Positions 27,114 to 36,362 of a DNA stretch of 64,000 nucleotides are shown in pieces. This DNA comes from an uncultured bacterium (lineage in GTDB: Bacteria > Chloroflexota > UBA5177 > JANWHV01). Each line of letters starts with the position of its first letter. Position 1 is the stretch's first letter. The translations under genes were made by a program, and so were the position numbers. Below the pieces are notes generated by a model. The model was given only the letters and a program-made list of their open reading frames with translations, did no database searches and was not told the origin of the DNA. Location: assembly GCA_963827235.1 (NCBI GenBank), contig CAWHAE010000010.1, positions 896,001 to 960,000 of the forward strand, read 5' to 3'.

Positions 27114-28660
27114 CAGCGATCCTCTTCTATCCACCGACCAATAACGCCGGCGACCACTTCGGGCTTCTGGCGCGCCATCATCGACAAGGCCTCACGGTGC
27201 TCGTTCGGCGGCGGCGCGGGCAGCCGTGCCAGGACCGACGCTGGAGTGATCGCCCTGGGCGCATCCTCGACTACCTCGACGTTCTGATACTGTTCGGCCT
27301 CGTAGTCCTGCAGTCGCTTCGGCAGCAGGATCCGCCGGAGGAGCAACAGCAGGACGAGCGGCACGACAATCAGTGAGAGCCAGCGAAGGCCGGTGAAGGC
27401 CATGCTCATCGTCTGCTGGGAAGCCGCAGCCTTGTCTGCCGCCGTGGTGACGCTGGTATCGAACGCGGCGGTGGTGACGCTCATCTGGTCACCTCTGGAG
27501 GCATTGAACCCGATAGCGCTCTTCACTGCCGTGGTGAGCGAGGCGAGGTTGGCCGGGGCCTTGGCGCTGTCGAGCACCACGGCAACCGAAAGCTGTTCGA
27601 CGTTCCCCGGCGCCGAGATGACATGGGTGGTAGTGATCGGATTGACGTAGGAGAGCGTCTGCTCGCTCTGAGTGTTCGTGGCCGGCACCGTGCCGGTCGC
27701 GGTCAGTCCGTACGTAGGCACGTTAGAACCGAGGCCGACCACACCGCCGGCCGTGGTCCCGGACCCGGCCGTATTGTTGATGATGGTCTGAGACGAAGCC
27801 AGAGGGCTGGTCCCACTCTGGGGGCTGTAGGTCGTCGACGTAGTGTCGTGCGTCGTGAAGTCGAGCACGTCGTTGACGCGGACAACCGCGTGCCCGGGGC
27901 CCAGGACCGCGTCCAGCATAGCGCCGACCTGCGCCTCAAGATTGCTGGCGTACCGGGACTCTGCCTGCAGCGTCGTCAGGCCCTCGGCGCTCGCCGAGTC
28001 GGCAGCGTTCCCTGAAAGTATCGAGCCGCTGCTATCCACCACTGTCACGGCGTCGGGCTTCAGACCTTCTACCGCGCTGGCGACCAGGTGCTGTATGCCA
28101 GCCACCTGGTCGGTAGAGAGGCCGCCCAAGCCGAGCTTGAGCAGCACGGAGGCAGTTGGATTGGCATCGCTGCTCGTAAAGAGGTTCTGCTGCGGCAGTA
28201 CGATATTCACCCGCGCATACTGGACACCCTGGACCTGGCTGATTGTCTGCGTGAGCTCACCTTCCAGGGCACGCGTATAGTTGATCTGCTCCGTGAAGCT
28301 ATCGCCCTGGAAGAGACTCTGCTTATCGAACAGCTCGAAGCCCACGGTCCCCTGGGACGGCAAGCCCAGATTGGCAAGCTTGATCCGCTCGGCATCCACC
28401 ATCGACGCGGGCACCTCGATGGTGGTACCGCCATTCTGCAGCTGGTAGGGAACGCTGCTCGACTGGAGCTGAGAGGTGATTGAGCCGGCGTCGGCAGTGG
28501 AGACATTGCTGAACAGCACCGCGTACGTAGGCGTGGTCGCCCACTGGTAGATGAAGAACACGACGCCAACGACCGCAGCCGACAGCACGATCAGCGTGAC
28601 GCGCTGACTCCAGGCGAGGCTCTGCCAAAGACGTCGAAGGGTTTCCTGCAAGCTCTGCAT
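27113..28660 (-). CDS. fliF: Flagellar MS-ring protein FliF
   Basis: Two TMs, GFELFD, RALEGEL, PTASV, LVASAVEGL, LSVAV, RGD. Confidence 0.97.
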   Translation of the reverse strand: MQSLQETLRRLWQSLAWSQRVTLIVLSAAVVGVVFFIYQWATTPTYAVLFSNVSTADAGSITSQLQSSSVPYQLQNGGTTIEVPASMVDAERIKLANLGLPSQGTVGFELFDKQSLFQGDSFTEQINYTRALEGELTQTISQVQGVQYARVNIVLPQQNLFTSSDANPTASVLLKLGLGGLSTDQVAGIQHLVASAVEGLKPDAVTVVDSSGSILSGNAADSASAEGLTTLQAESRYASNLEAQVGAMLDAVLGPGHAVVRVNDVLDFTTHDTTSTTYSPQSGTSPLASSQTIINNTAGSGTTAGGVVGLGSNVPTYGLTATGTVPATNTQSEQTLSYVNPITTTHVISAPGNVEQLSVAVVLDSAKAPANLASLTTAVKSAIGFNASRGDQMSVTTAAFDTSVTTAADKAAASQQTMSMAFTGLRWLSLIVVPLVLLLLLRRILLPKRLQDYEAEQYQNVEVVEDAPRAITPASVLARLPAPPPNEHREALSMMARQKPEVVAGVIGRWIEEDR

Positions 28661-28681
28661 CGATCACGCGCCGCCGCTACC

Positions 28682-29023
28682 CTAAATCTGCATGTTCATG
28701 AGGGTCTGGTATGCTTCCACCGCCTTGTCGCGCACCTGGACGGCTAGGTGCGTACCCAGGGAAGCCTGCTCCATGGCGATCATCGCCGTCTGGATATCGG
28801 TCCCATTGTTGGTTGCAAGGCCGGCCACGGCCGCGTCGGCGTTCGTCTGCAGTCCAGAGAGATCTCCCACGGCATTCACTAGCGATTGCGTGAACTGACT
28901 GCCGGTCGAAACGGCGCTGGTTCCGCCTACCCCGGAGGTCGAGGAGATGGACGGCGTCTGCGGAGTTGTGATAGGGGTGGTGTAGGGAGTGGATATGACT
29001 CCGATGTTCGGGATCGTACTCAC
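28682..29023 (-). CDS. fliE: Flagellar hook-basal body protein FliE
   Basis: MIAMEQA.L....VQVRDKAVEAYQ.LMNMQI. Confidence 0.95.
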   Translation of the reverse strand: MSTIPNIGVISTPYTTPITTPQTPSISSTSGVGGTSAVSTGSQFTQSLVNAVGDLSGLQTNADAAVAGLATNNGTDIQTAMIAMEQASLGTHLAVQVRDKAVEAYQTLMNMQI

Positions 29024-29046
29024 TGCGTGTACCCGTCCTCTCGTGT

Positions 29047-29469
29047 TTAGCCTTTGCCGAGGTCAATCGCCTGTACGGCCATCGACTTCACGTCGTCGGC
29101 TATCGTGATGTTGGCCTGGTAGGCACGCTGAGCTGCCATCATGTTCGTCATCTCGGTGATCGGATCGACGTTGGGGTATTGCACGTAACCCTGAGTATTG
29201 GCCTGAGGATTCTGGGGGTCGTACACCGAGCGCGGCTTGCTCTGGTCCTGAATGACCGCGGCCACGCGCACACCGGCGTTGGCAAGTCCCGAGCCATTGC
29301 TCGTCTGCATATTCCCAGGCACCATGACCACTTCTTCGCGCCTATACGGCCCGCCCTGAGCCGTAACCGTGGTGTCAGCGTTCGCCGTGTTGTTAGCGAT
29401 AACGTCCATCTGCAAGCGTTGAGCAGTCAGCGCTGAATCCGAGATTGCCAGGGTGTTAATCAGTCCCAT
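29047..29469 (-). CDS. flgC: Flagellar basal-body rod protein FlgC
   Basis: AQR.QMDVIANN.ANA.T, GPYRR, YDP..P.A...GYV.YPNVD, RAYQAN. Confidence 0.96.
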   Translation of the reverse strand: MGLINTLAISDSALTAQRLQMDVIANNTANADTTVTAQGGPYRREEVVMVPGNMQTSNGSGLANAGVRVAAVIQDQSKPRSVYDPQNPQANTQGYVQYPNVDPITEMTNMMAAQRAYQANITIADDVKSMAVQAIDLGKG

Positions 29470-29587
29470 TGCTGCGTCTCCATCCGTAGTAACCAGCCGA
29501 GCACCGGTCACGTACCTGCCGACTTGCCAGCCGAGGGGAGTATAGCGACGGGCTCTTCAAGATCAGAAACCGATCTCGACAGTAGAA

Positions 29588-29621
29588 AGAGGCCCGGGTG
29601 ACAACAGTCACCCGGGCCTCT
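29588..29621 (-). terminator. Intrinsic terminator after cheW
   Basis: Perfect 15-bp inverted repeat AGAGGCCCGGGTGAC-AACA-GTCACCCGGGCCTCT, followed by TTCT on the minus strand. Confidence 0.85.
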
Positions 29622-29662
29622 GTCGCCTCTGGTGGGCTGGGCTGTGTGGCTCGGAGCGGTGC

Positions 29663-30166
29663 CTAGGCAACCTCCGCCACGTTCTCGCCGTCGCCCTGGG
29701 CCGAAAGGCCGGCCGTGTCGATAGCCTGGCTGAGATCGAGCAGCATGATCAGCCGGTCGTCCAGGCGAGCAACGCCGCGAAGCAGCTTTTCATGACCGGC
29801 GCCGCGAATGAGACCGGCAGCCGGCTCGATCAGGTCGGCAGGCAGGAGGATGACCTCTGACACGGCGTCGACCTGCAGACCGACGCTCTGGTCGTTCACC
29901 TGCACCACGACCACCCGGCTGTCCTTGGTGGGCTCCGCAGGCGGGAGGCCGCAACGGCTGCGCAGGTCGAGGACAGGAACGATAGAGCTTCGGAGGTTGA
30001 TCACGCCCACCACGAATGGCGGCGCCTGCGGCACGACGGTGATGGGCTGCGGACGAATGATCTCGCGCACAGCGGCGATATCCACCGCGTAGCTCCCTGT
30101 TGCCAGACGGAAAATCACGACCTGCAGGTCGCCTTCTACTTGTGATTTGACCCGTTCCACTGCCAT
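29663..30166 (-). CDS. cheW: Chemotaxis coupling protein CheW
   Basis: VREII, VP.AP.FV.GVINLR..IVPVLDLR, GL.VDAVSEV. Confidence 0.96.
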   Translation of the reverse strand: MAVERVKSQVEGDLQVVIFRLATGSYAVDIAAVREIIRPQPITVVPQAPPFVVGVINLRSSIVPVLDLRSRCGLPPAEPTKDSRVVVVQVNDQSVGLQVDAVSEVILLPADLIEPAAGLIRGAGHEKLLRGVARLDDRLIMLLDLSQAIDTAGLSAQGDGENVAEVA

Positions 30167-30227
30167 CTCCTCCTCGGAATGTCCTTGAGAGCGCTGCTAA
30201 GGAATCGCTCGATCGCGTCACCATCTC

Positions 30228-30254
30228 ATATCGGCACATTGAGCGAGATCTGTA
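30228..30254 (-). promoter_or_regulatory. sigma28 promoter of cheW
   Basis: Minus strand CTACA-N15-GCCGATAT. Confidence 0.75.
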
Positions 30255-30338
30255 GACTCCTACGGCCTCGAAATACGCGGACGGCCGGTTTGTGCCGGTC
30301 ATGCGAGTGATTGCGCGCCAGTTCGCATGCATTCGGAC

Positions 30339-30366
30339 TGAAGAAAGCACGGCAGCTTGCCGATAT
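30339..30366 (+). promoter_or_regulatory. sigma28 promoter of cheY (divergent from cheW)
   Basis: TGAA-N16-GCCGATAT. Confidence 0.7.
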
Positions 30367-30438
30367 ACTCATGTGGAAGACGCCGCGTGCGTCGCGGTGC
30401 GACGAGCCGGATCCCAATACACCAGCCAATGAGGAGTA

Positions 30439-30810
30439 ATGACGAACATGGCGAAATTCCTGGTCGTGGACGACGCGGCTTTCATGCGCATGCGCTGCGT
30501 CAAGCTCCTTAAGGAGCAGGGCTACGAGACCGTCGAAGCGGAGAACGGCCTCCAGGCCGTCGAGGCATACCAGAGAGAGAAGCCGGACGGCGTGCTCATG
30601 GATATCACGATGCCGGAGATGGATGGCCTGGAGGCGCTCCGCCGGATACTCGCGATCGATCCCGCCGCCCGCGTCGCCATGGTCACGGCGGTGGGCCAGC
30701 AGGCCATCGTCCTCGAGGCACTCAAGGTTGGGGCGCGGGACTTCGTGGTGAAGCCGTTTCAGGGGCCCAGGGTGATCGAGGCCGCGCACAAGCTGTTGAC
30801 CTCACACTGA
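30439..30810 (+). CDS. cheY: Chemotaxis response regulator CheY
   Basis: Single REC domain VVDDAAFMRM, MDITMPEMDG, FVVKPF (Bacillus/Thermotoga-type CheY). Confidence 0.93.
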   Translation: MTNMAKFLVVDDAAFMRMRCVKLLKEQGYETVEAENGLQAVEAYQREKPDGVLMDITMPEMDGLEALRRILAIDPAARVAMVTAVGQQAIVLEALKVGARDFVVKPFQGPRVIEAAHKLLTSH

Positions 30811-30826
30811 CGAGGTCCGGATTTGC

Positions 30827-31072
30827 CTAGCCGCCGTCGGCCGACTCGTGCGTGTGCCGCGCCTGCTCAAAGGCGCGTGCCACCATCTCTGCCGACGCGG
30901 CTACCTGGTTGTCCTCCGCTACCGCCAGCCATAGCTCCTCACGGAGAATCTTACTGCTAGGCGGTGCCTCGATGCCCAGGCGCACGAACTGGCCGTCAAC
31001 CGAGACTACGGTCACGCGGATGGTATCACCGATACGTATTCCCTGGCCCGAACGACGACTGAGAATCAGCAT
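30827..31072 (-). CDS. csrA: Carbon storage regulator CsrA
   Basis: MLILSRR.GQ.IRIGD.I.V.V......VRLGIEAP.....REEL. Confidence 0.95.
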   Translation of the reverse strand: MLILSRRSGQGIRIGDTIRVTVVSVDGQFVRLGIEAPPSSKILREELWLAVAEDNQVAASAEMVARAFEQARHTHESADGG

Positions 31073-31560
31073 GGCAGGCGAAACTGCCGAGCGCCGGCAT
31101 CCCAGCGTACGGGCTGGCGAAGCGCATAGCCCCGGCCGTCGATAATGATCTGCCTGCCTGTTCCCTGGCGATCGTCGAGCACGATCGGAGCCAGCAAGTT
31201 GACCAGAAACGTCGCCTGGACAGGGTCAAATCGGGTGACGATCAGCACGTTGTCCCGCAGCGACTCTTCGCCAGCCCCTACCACGTCAGCCACCGCGAGC
31301 GCGTAATCGCCCAGCTCCACGGCGTCCAGCCTGAGCACGGGGAGACATACGGGACCCTCGTCGAGAGACTGCAGCCACTGGAATGGCGCGGCATCGGGTT
31401 TGCTGACCAGAGCATAGCGATGGCTATCCTCCAGCCCCGGTAAGGCCTCGGGAAACGTGTAGAGATTGCCGGCGGGCACGCGTACCACCTCCGGTGCTCC
31501 GAAGCCCACGGTCGTTACGGCGATCATTCCCGGCGATTCCTCCGCAGCCATGTCTGTCAT
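31066..31560 (-). CDS. fliW: Flagellar assembly factor FliW
   Basis: FPE.LPG.E, PF.WLQS, NLLAPIV, GRQII; between flgL and csrA. Confidence 0.92.
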   Translation of the reverse strand: MTDMAAEESPGMIAVTTVGFGAPEVVRVPAGNLYTFPEALPGLEDSHRYALVSKPDAAPFQWLQSLDEGPVCLPVLRLDAVELGDYALAVADVVGAGEESLRDNVLIVTRFDPVQATFLVNLLAPIVLDDRQGTGRQIIIDGRGYALRQPVRWDAGARQFRLPC

Positions 31561-31563
31561 CGA

Positions 31564-32448
31564 CTACTGCAGGAAGCTCAGCAGGCTGGGCTCGACCGAC
31601 TTGCCGGCTACGGTGAGCGCCGCCTGATAGGTCGCCTGATCCGAGGTATAGGTGATGGATGCCTGGGCCAGGTCCGCATCCACGATATTCGAGTACTGGT
31701 CCTTCAGCGCACTGAGCTGCGTGGACAGCGTCGTCTGCAGCGCAGTGACACGGGTCGTCGCCGCGCCCACCGATGCCTGAGCGACAAGAATGCCGCTGCT
31801 CGCGCTGTCGATCGCGGTCAGGTCGGCGCCTGTAACGCTGCTGGTGTTCCCGCTCTGCAGGTCGGTTTCCAGCTGGATCATCGCGGCGAAGGCGGCCGGC
31901 ACGGCGGTGCTGCCCGGCGTGTTGATCTGCATCGTCACCCCGGGACTGACCTCGCGCACGATGGCGCCGTTGTCGCCGCTATAATCCACCGAGTTGGTCG
32001 AGGTGTTGAGCGAGAAGGGCACGGTACTGGTCTGGAAGCCGGATAGGACGTAACGGCCGGCATAGTCGGTGTTCGCCGACTGAATGCCTTCCTGCACGAG
32101 CTGGCCGACCTGCGTCGCCAGTGTCTGCATTTCATCGGTGGTCAACGTGCCGTCGCCGCCCTGCACGGCCAGCGCTCGCGCTTGCGTCAAGGCGCTGTTC
32201 ACACCCTCCAGCGCGCTTGTGGTCGATTGCAGCCAGGCGAGGGTGTCGGACGCCGTGCTGCTGAACTGTGTATTCTGGTCCTCGCTCGCCTGGAGGCGCA
32301 GTGCGATCGAGGTACCATAGGGATCATCGGCCGGTGAGTTGACGTTGCGGTCGGTCGAGACAACGTTCTCTGCCCGAGCCAGGTTCTCGTATGCCGAGTT
32401 GATCTGGTACTCACGCGTGGCGACAATCTGGCGGTCGCTGATACGCAC
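31564..32448 (-). CDS. flgL: Hook-associated protein FlgL
   Basis: P.DDP, AN..YAGRY.LSG, Y.GD, D.DLA......S..YQAAL......SLL.FL. Confidence 0.93.
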   Translation of the reverse strand: MRISDRQIVATREYQINSAYENLARAENVVSTDRNVNSPADDPYGTSIALRLQASEDQNTQFSSTASDTLAWLQSTTSALEGVNSALTQARALAVQGGDGTLTTDEMQTLATQVGQLVQEGIQSANTDYAGRYVLSGFQTSTVPFSLNTSTNSVDYSGDNGAIVREVSPGVTMQINTPGSTAVPAAFAAMIQLETDLQSGNTSSVTGADLTAIDSASSGILVAQASVGAATTRVTALQTTLSTQLSALKDQYSNIVDADLAQASITYTSDQATYQAALTVAGKSVEPSLLSFLQ

Positions 32449-32464
32449 GATTCTGCCTCCTAGC

Positions 32465-33862
32465 TCAACATCTCGAGATCATGTCGGAGATCGTCTGGTT
32501 CATGATGGAGACCACATGAGCGCAAGCCTCGTAGGCGTTCTGATATGACAGCAGGTTGCTGGCCTCTTCGTTCGTGGACACACCGGCCACGGAGCTCTCC
32601 TGGTCATTGAGCTGGCTGAAGCACCTGCGTGCCCGTGTCCACATTGGCTGTAGCCTGCTGGCCGTCCACGCCAAGCTTGGTAATGATGGCGTTGTACTGC
32701 GATTCTAGCGTCGAGGTCTGCCCGGCTGGGCACGTTCTCGGCGAGATCGGCAATCTCCAGGGCGACGCTGCCGTCACTGGGCGCGTTGGCACTCGCCGAC
32801 GCCGCGACGTTCGTAGGATCGGACACGATCGAGGAGTTCACGGCAATGGAGCTTGCCGTGGTTCCCTGTAAAGAAGTCCAGACCGGTGGCACCGTTGCTG
32901 CCGTATCCCGTCTCGTGAAGGGCGTTGACGGCGCTGGCCACGTTCGCGGCGAGCGAGTTCAGCGCGTCGAGCCGCGACTGGATGGTAACGTCGCGGTCGG
33001 TGATCGCGCCGCCGAGCGTGCCACCCGACACAGTCAACAGGTGTAGTCGAGCCTTCGAAGGTGACGTCGGAGAACTGGGCATTGGTCGTGGACGGCGTAG
33101 TCGCCAGGTTGAACGACGACGTACCCCTGCACCAGCGCACCGCCGCCCGTGAGCGAGATGTTCATGGCGCCACTGGACGACACGCTATACTGCACGCCGA
33201 CTATGTCGGACAGCTGGCTGAGCAGTTTGTCGCGGGAGTCCTCCAGATCGTTCGGGGCCTGACCGAGCGCCTGCACCTCGGTAATCTGCTGGTTCAGGGT
33301 CGCGATCTGGCCGGTGATCCCATTGATCTGGGAGACCAGCGAGCCGACCTGCGTATTCTCATCGCTCTGCATGGTGGTCAGCGACGACGCCAGCGGACTG
33401 GAAGCCGTTAGCAAGCTGCTCGCCGCTGGACACCACCGCCTCGCTCACGGCATCGCTCGACGGATCGTTCGCCAGCGATTGCCAGGAGCTGAAGAAATTG
33501 CTCAGCAGCGAGCCAAATCCGCTACTGGTCGGCTCGTTGAAGAGCTCGGTGACATTTGTCAGGGTCGTGCTCGTGCCCTCACGCTGCGACTGCTGGCTGT
33601 TCTGGTAGACGATCTGCTGCTCCACGAAGTCGTCGTGGGCTCGCGATATCGAGCCGACCGTGGCGCCGGTACCGATCTGCCCGGCGCCGGCGGGCAGGAG
33701 CGAGGCGTCGCTCACCGGGGCCGTGGTCACGATGTTCACAATCTGCCGCGAGTAGCCGTCCGTGGTGGCGTTGGCAATGTTGTGGCCGGTGGTGTCGATG
33801 GCCACCTGCTCGGCCTCCATCGCGCGCAGTACCGTGTTGATACCGAGAGTAAGCCCTGGCAT
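32465..33862 (-). pseudogene. flgK: Hook-associated protein FlgK, split by at least six +1 frameshifts (pseudogene or sequencing error)
   Basis: N-terminal GHNIANA.T.GYSRQ, F.SWQ.LANDP, NDL.D.RD.L...LS, C-terminal GVS.NEE..NLL.YQ.AY.A.A, spread over successive frames. Confidence 0.9.
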
Positions 33863-33864
33863 GG

Positions 33865-34383
33865 CTAAGCTGACCTCCACACTTGGCGATGCGGCCTGCT
33901 GCCCGACATCTCTCGCTCTCCGTGTGGCCCATACATGGGCGTCCCGCCGGCCGGCACACACGTGCGGCGCACCGTGGCCAGAGCGCTGCGCGACAGGACG
34001 CCGCAATGATGCTGCAGCGCCTGCAGGCGCACCAGCGTTTGCAAGAGATCACTGCGAAGTCGCGCGAGCTCGGCTGCCTCGTCGGGCGGAAGCAAAGTGA
34101 GCAGCGCGGTGATGGTCAGTCTACCGTTGGGCGAGCCCTTCGTGTCGCAGCCGGCCAGGGACCGCGTCAGGGCCAGCTCGGCTTGCCGCCGCCGCCGTTC
34201 CGCGGCCTCCATCTTGCTGAAGGCCGCCGTCTGCGCCATCACCGCCGTCTGTACCGCCGCGGGCTTGCCAGCCACGAGAGTGGCTATGAGCTCACCGGAG
34301 CACTCCACGCACCGCGTGTACTCAACCAGCAGATCCCGCATGGCTTGCAAAAGCGGTTCCACGACTCGAGGCGCGATCTTCAT
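33865..34383 (-). CDS. flgN: Flagellar export chaperone FlgN
   Basis: Helical protein between flgM and flgK with C-terminal Y...G motif. Confidence 0.8.
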   Translation of the reverse strand: MKIAPRVVEPLLQAMRDLLVEYTRCVECSGELIATLVAGKPAAVQTAVMAQTAAFSKMEAAERRRRQAELALTRSLAGCDTKGSPNGRLTITALLTLLPPDEAAELARLRSDLLQTLVRLQALQHHCGVLSRSALATVRRTCVPAGGTPMYGPHGEREMSGSRPHRQVWRSA

Positions 34384-34385
34384 TC

Positions 34386-34694
34386 CTACGCAATCCCGCT
34401 CGGTTGCGTCAACTTTGTTGCCAAGTTTTCTTCGTTAACCTGGTAGGCTCCGCTCTTGACCTCGCTTCGAAGCTGTGCCACCGTGGCCTCATCGACGTCG
34501 GACGCCGTCTGCACAGCACTGAGTGCGAGAGCTTGGCGTCTACCCTGGGCAGAGATTACAGCCATGTCAGCCCTCTGAGATGTTGCCGACGAAGTTCCGC
34601 CGGTTGTCTGTCCCTGCGTGATCCCTTGGCTGGGATCGGTAGTGCTTCGGTAGGCCGCTTGAGCATCCCGCGCAGACGTGTTGTTGACCTTCAT
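34386..34694 (-). CDS. flgM: Anti-sigma-28 factor FlgM
   Basis: D...IS, V..LR..V.SG.Y.V....LA.K; SD AGGAGGTG. Confidence 0.9.
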   Translation of the reverse strand: MKVNNTSARDAQAAYRSTTDPSQGITQGQTTGGTSSATSQRADMAVISAQGRRQALALSAVQTASDVDEATVAQLRSEVKSGAYQVNEENLATKLTQPSGIA

Positions 34695-34765
34695 AGAGGT
34701 CACCTCCTCTCCAGCTCCGGAGGCTCACGTGACGCGAACCTCCGTATTGCTGCCTCTCGCTATTG

Positions 34766-34792
34766 CAATCGACCGGATTGGTCGATTCTTTA
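34766..34792 (-). promoter_or_regulatory. sigma28 promoter of flgM-flgN-flgK-flgL-fliW-csrA
   Basis: Minus strand CCACTAAA-N15-GTCGATTG; overlapped by an 8-bp inverted repeat. Confidence 0.7.
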
Positions 34793-34811
34793 GTGGTCGC
34801 GGAGGGCAACT

Positions 34812-35579
34812 TTAGCGAGCTGAAATACTCACAACGTTATTGACAAGTGTGTCGACGGTTTGCAGCGCCTTGCTGTTGGCTTGGAATTGCCGCTCCGCTT
34901 GGATGAGTTCGACCATCTGCGCCGCCAAGTCGACGGTGGATGCCAGGCGATAGCCGCTCATCACGCGGACCGCACCGGAGTTCGACGTCTGGGGCCGTCC
35001 GGAGCTCAGGGTCTCCGTATACACTCCTTCGCCCGCGTCGCTGAGGTTCTGCTGGGCCGGAAAAGTGACCGTTGAAATCGTGCCTATCTGTACGGTCTTG
35101 CCGGTGCGGTCGGTGCCCGTCACGTTGCCTTTGCCGTCCACGGTGATGTCGGATACCGTTCCAGTTGTCTGAAGCGGTGGTACCAGGGAAAGTCCATCCG
35201 TGGTCACGATCTTGCCGTCAGGCTGTTGTTCGAGCGAGATCTGCGGTGAATACACCACCTGTCCGCCTGCCTGCCGAAGCTCGAACATGCCCTGACCTTC
35301 GATAGCCAGGTCAAGCGGATTCCCGGTCGCCTGCAGCGAGGTTGTGCCGTCGATCGTCTCGGTGGCCACGCTCAGGGCACCCATGCCGACGTTCGTGGCC
35401 GCGGACGAGGTGTCAAAGACGGAGGCGGACACCTGAGACTGCGACGGCAGGCTGTTGACGATCGGCTCCTGCTCCGCAAAGCCTTGCGAATTGAGGTTGG
35501 CGATGTTGTTGGCGACCACGTTGAGCTGGAACTCGGCGCCCTGCATTCCCGCCTGCGGCACGCCGTATAACCCGTTCAT
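34812..35579 (-). CDS. flgG: Flagellar rod protein, FlgG-like
   Basis: VANNIAN.N..GF, TGNPLDLAIEG.G.F, S.VD...QMV.LI.A.R.FQANSK. Confidence 0.85.
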   Translation of the reverse strand: MNGLYGVPQAGMQGAEFQLNVVANNIANLNSQGFAEQEPIVNSLPSQSQVSASVFDTSSAATNVGMGALSVATETIDGTTSLQATGNPLDLAIEGQGMFELRQAGGQVVYSPQISLEQQPDGKIVTTDGLSLVPPLQTTGTVSDITVDGKGNVTGTDRTGKTVQIGTISTVTFPAQQNLSDAGEGVYTETLSSGRPQTSNSGAVRVMSGYRLASTVDLAAQMVELIQAERQFQANSKALQTVDTLVNNVVSISAR

Positions 35580-36346
35580 GTGCTCACCTTCCCAAGGTCG
35601 CTGACGGCGAGGCCGACGGTTGCATCTTCGATTTGCAGCATCTTCGAGGCTGCTTCGTAAGCTCGCTGCGCCGAGATCATATTGGTAGTTTGCGCCGTCA
35701 TGTCCACGTTCGATCCCTCGAGATAGCCCTGCAGCACGGCGACACCGCTGGTACCCGCCTGCACCTTGGTCCCGGGCCCGACGTAGTAGCCGCCACCGAG
35801 CTCGGAAAGCGGCTGTCCTGTTGGGACCTGGGCCAGTCCCAGCGTGACGCCCGCTTTGCCGTCGACGGAAAGCTGCCCGTTGCGGCTGATCGTCAGATTT
35901 CCAGCAGGCACCTTGATAACCTTGCCGTTTGAGTCGAGAACGCGGTAGCCCTGGGACGTAATGAGATCACCATCGGCTGCGCGCTGGAAGTTCCCGTTTC
36001 GCGTAAGGAGGGTCTGTGTGCCGGACTGAACGGTGAAGAAGGCATTGCCATCGATCATGACGTCGAGCGGAGATCCCGTGTGTTTCGGCGCTCCCATCGA
36101 AAGATCGAGACCGTAGTCCCTGACGGTCGGCGCACTGCCTACGGCGCCCACGGTGTTGACCTCCAGGCTGACTGTATTATCGGATGCGGTGCTCGTGCCG
36201 GCCAGCACGCTGCTGAAGTCCTGCAGTACGCCTTGGTGCGCTTTGTAGCCGGGTGTCTCCATATTTGACAGGTTATCGGCTATGTTCGTCTCGATATTGA
36301 ACTGGGCAAGCATGGCGTTTGCGGCTGTATAGACACCAGTATCCAC
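35576..36346 (-). CDS. flgF: Flagellar rod protein, FlgF/FlhO-like
   Basis: G.YTA, NL.N..TPGYK, TG.PLD..I.G..FF, TRNGNF, QGYLEGSNV; GTG after GGAGGT. Confidence 0.85.
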   Translation of the reverse strand: MDTGVYTAANAMLAQFNIETNIADNLSNMETPGYKAHQGVLQDFSSVLAGTSTASDNTVSLEVNTVGAVGSAPTVRDYGLDLSMGAPKHTGSPLDVMIDGNAFFTVQSGTQTLLTRNGNFQRAADGDLITSQGYRVLDSNGKVIKVPAGNLTISRNGQLSVDGKAGVTLGLAQVPTGQPLSELGGGYYVGPGTKVQAGTSGVAVLQGYLEGSNVDMTAQTTNMISAQRAYEAASKMLQIEDATVGLAVSDLGKVST

Positions 36347-36362
36347 GGGGACCTCCTCTCCT

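Noticed and set aside
29470-29580. c-di-GMP riboswitch upstream of the flgC operon
   Set aside because: No recognisable GEMM architecture; only a TATACT -10-like box
32465-33862. Programmed frameshifting or phase variation in flgK
   Set aside because: Six separate events in runs of only 2-4 bases, with no slippery heptamers or long SSRs; not plausible as recoding
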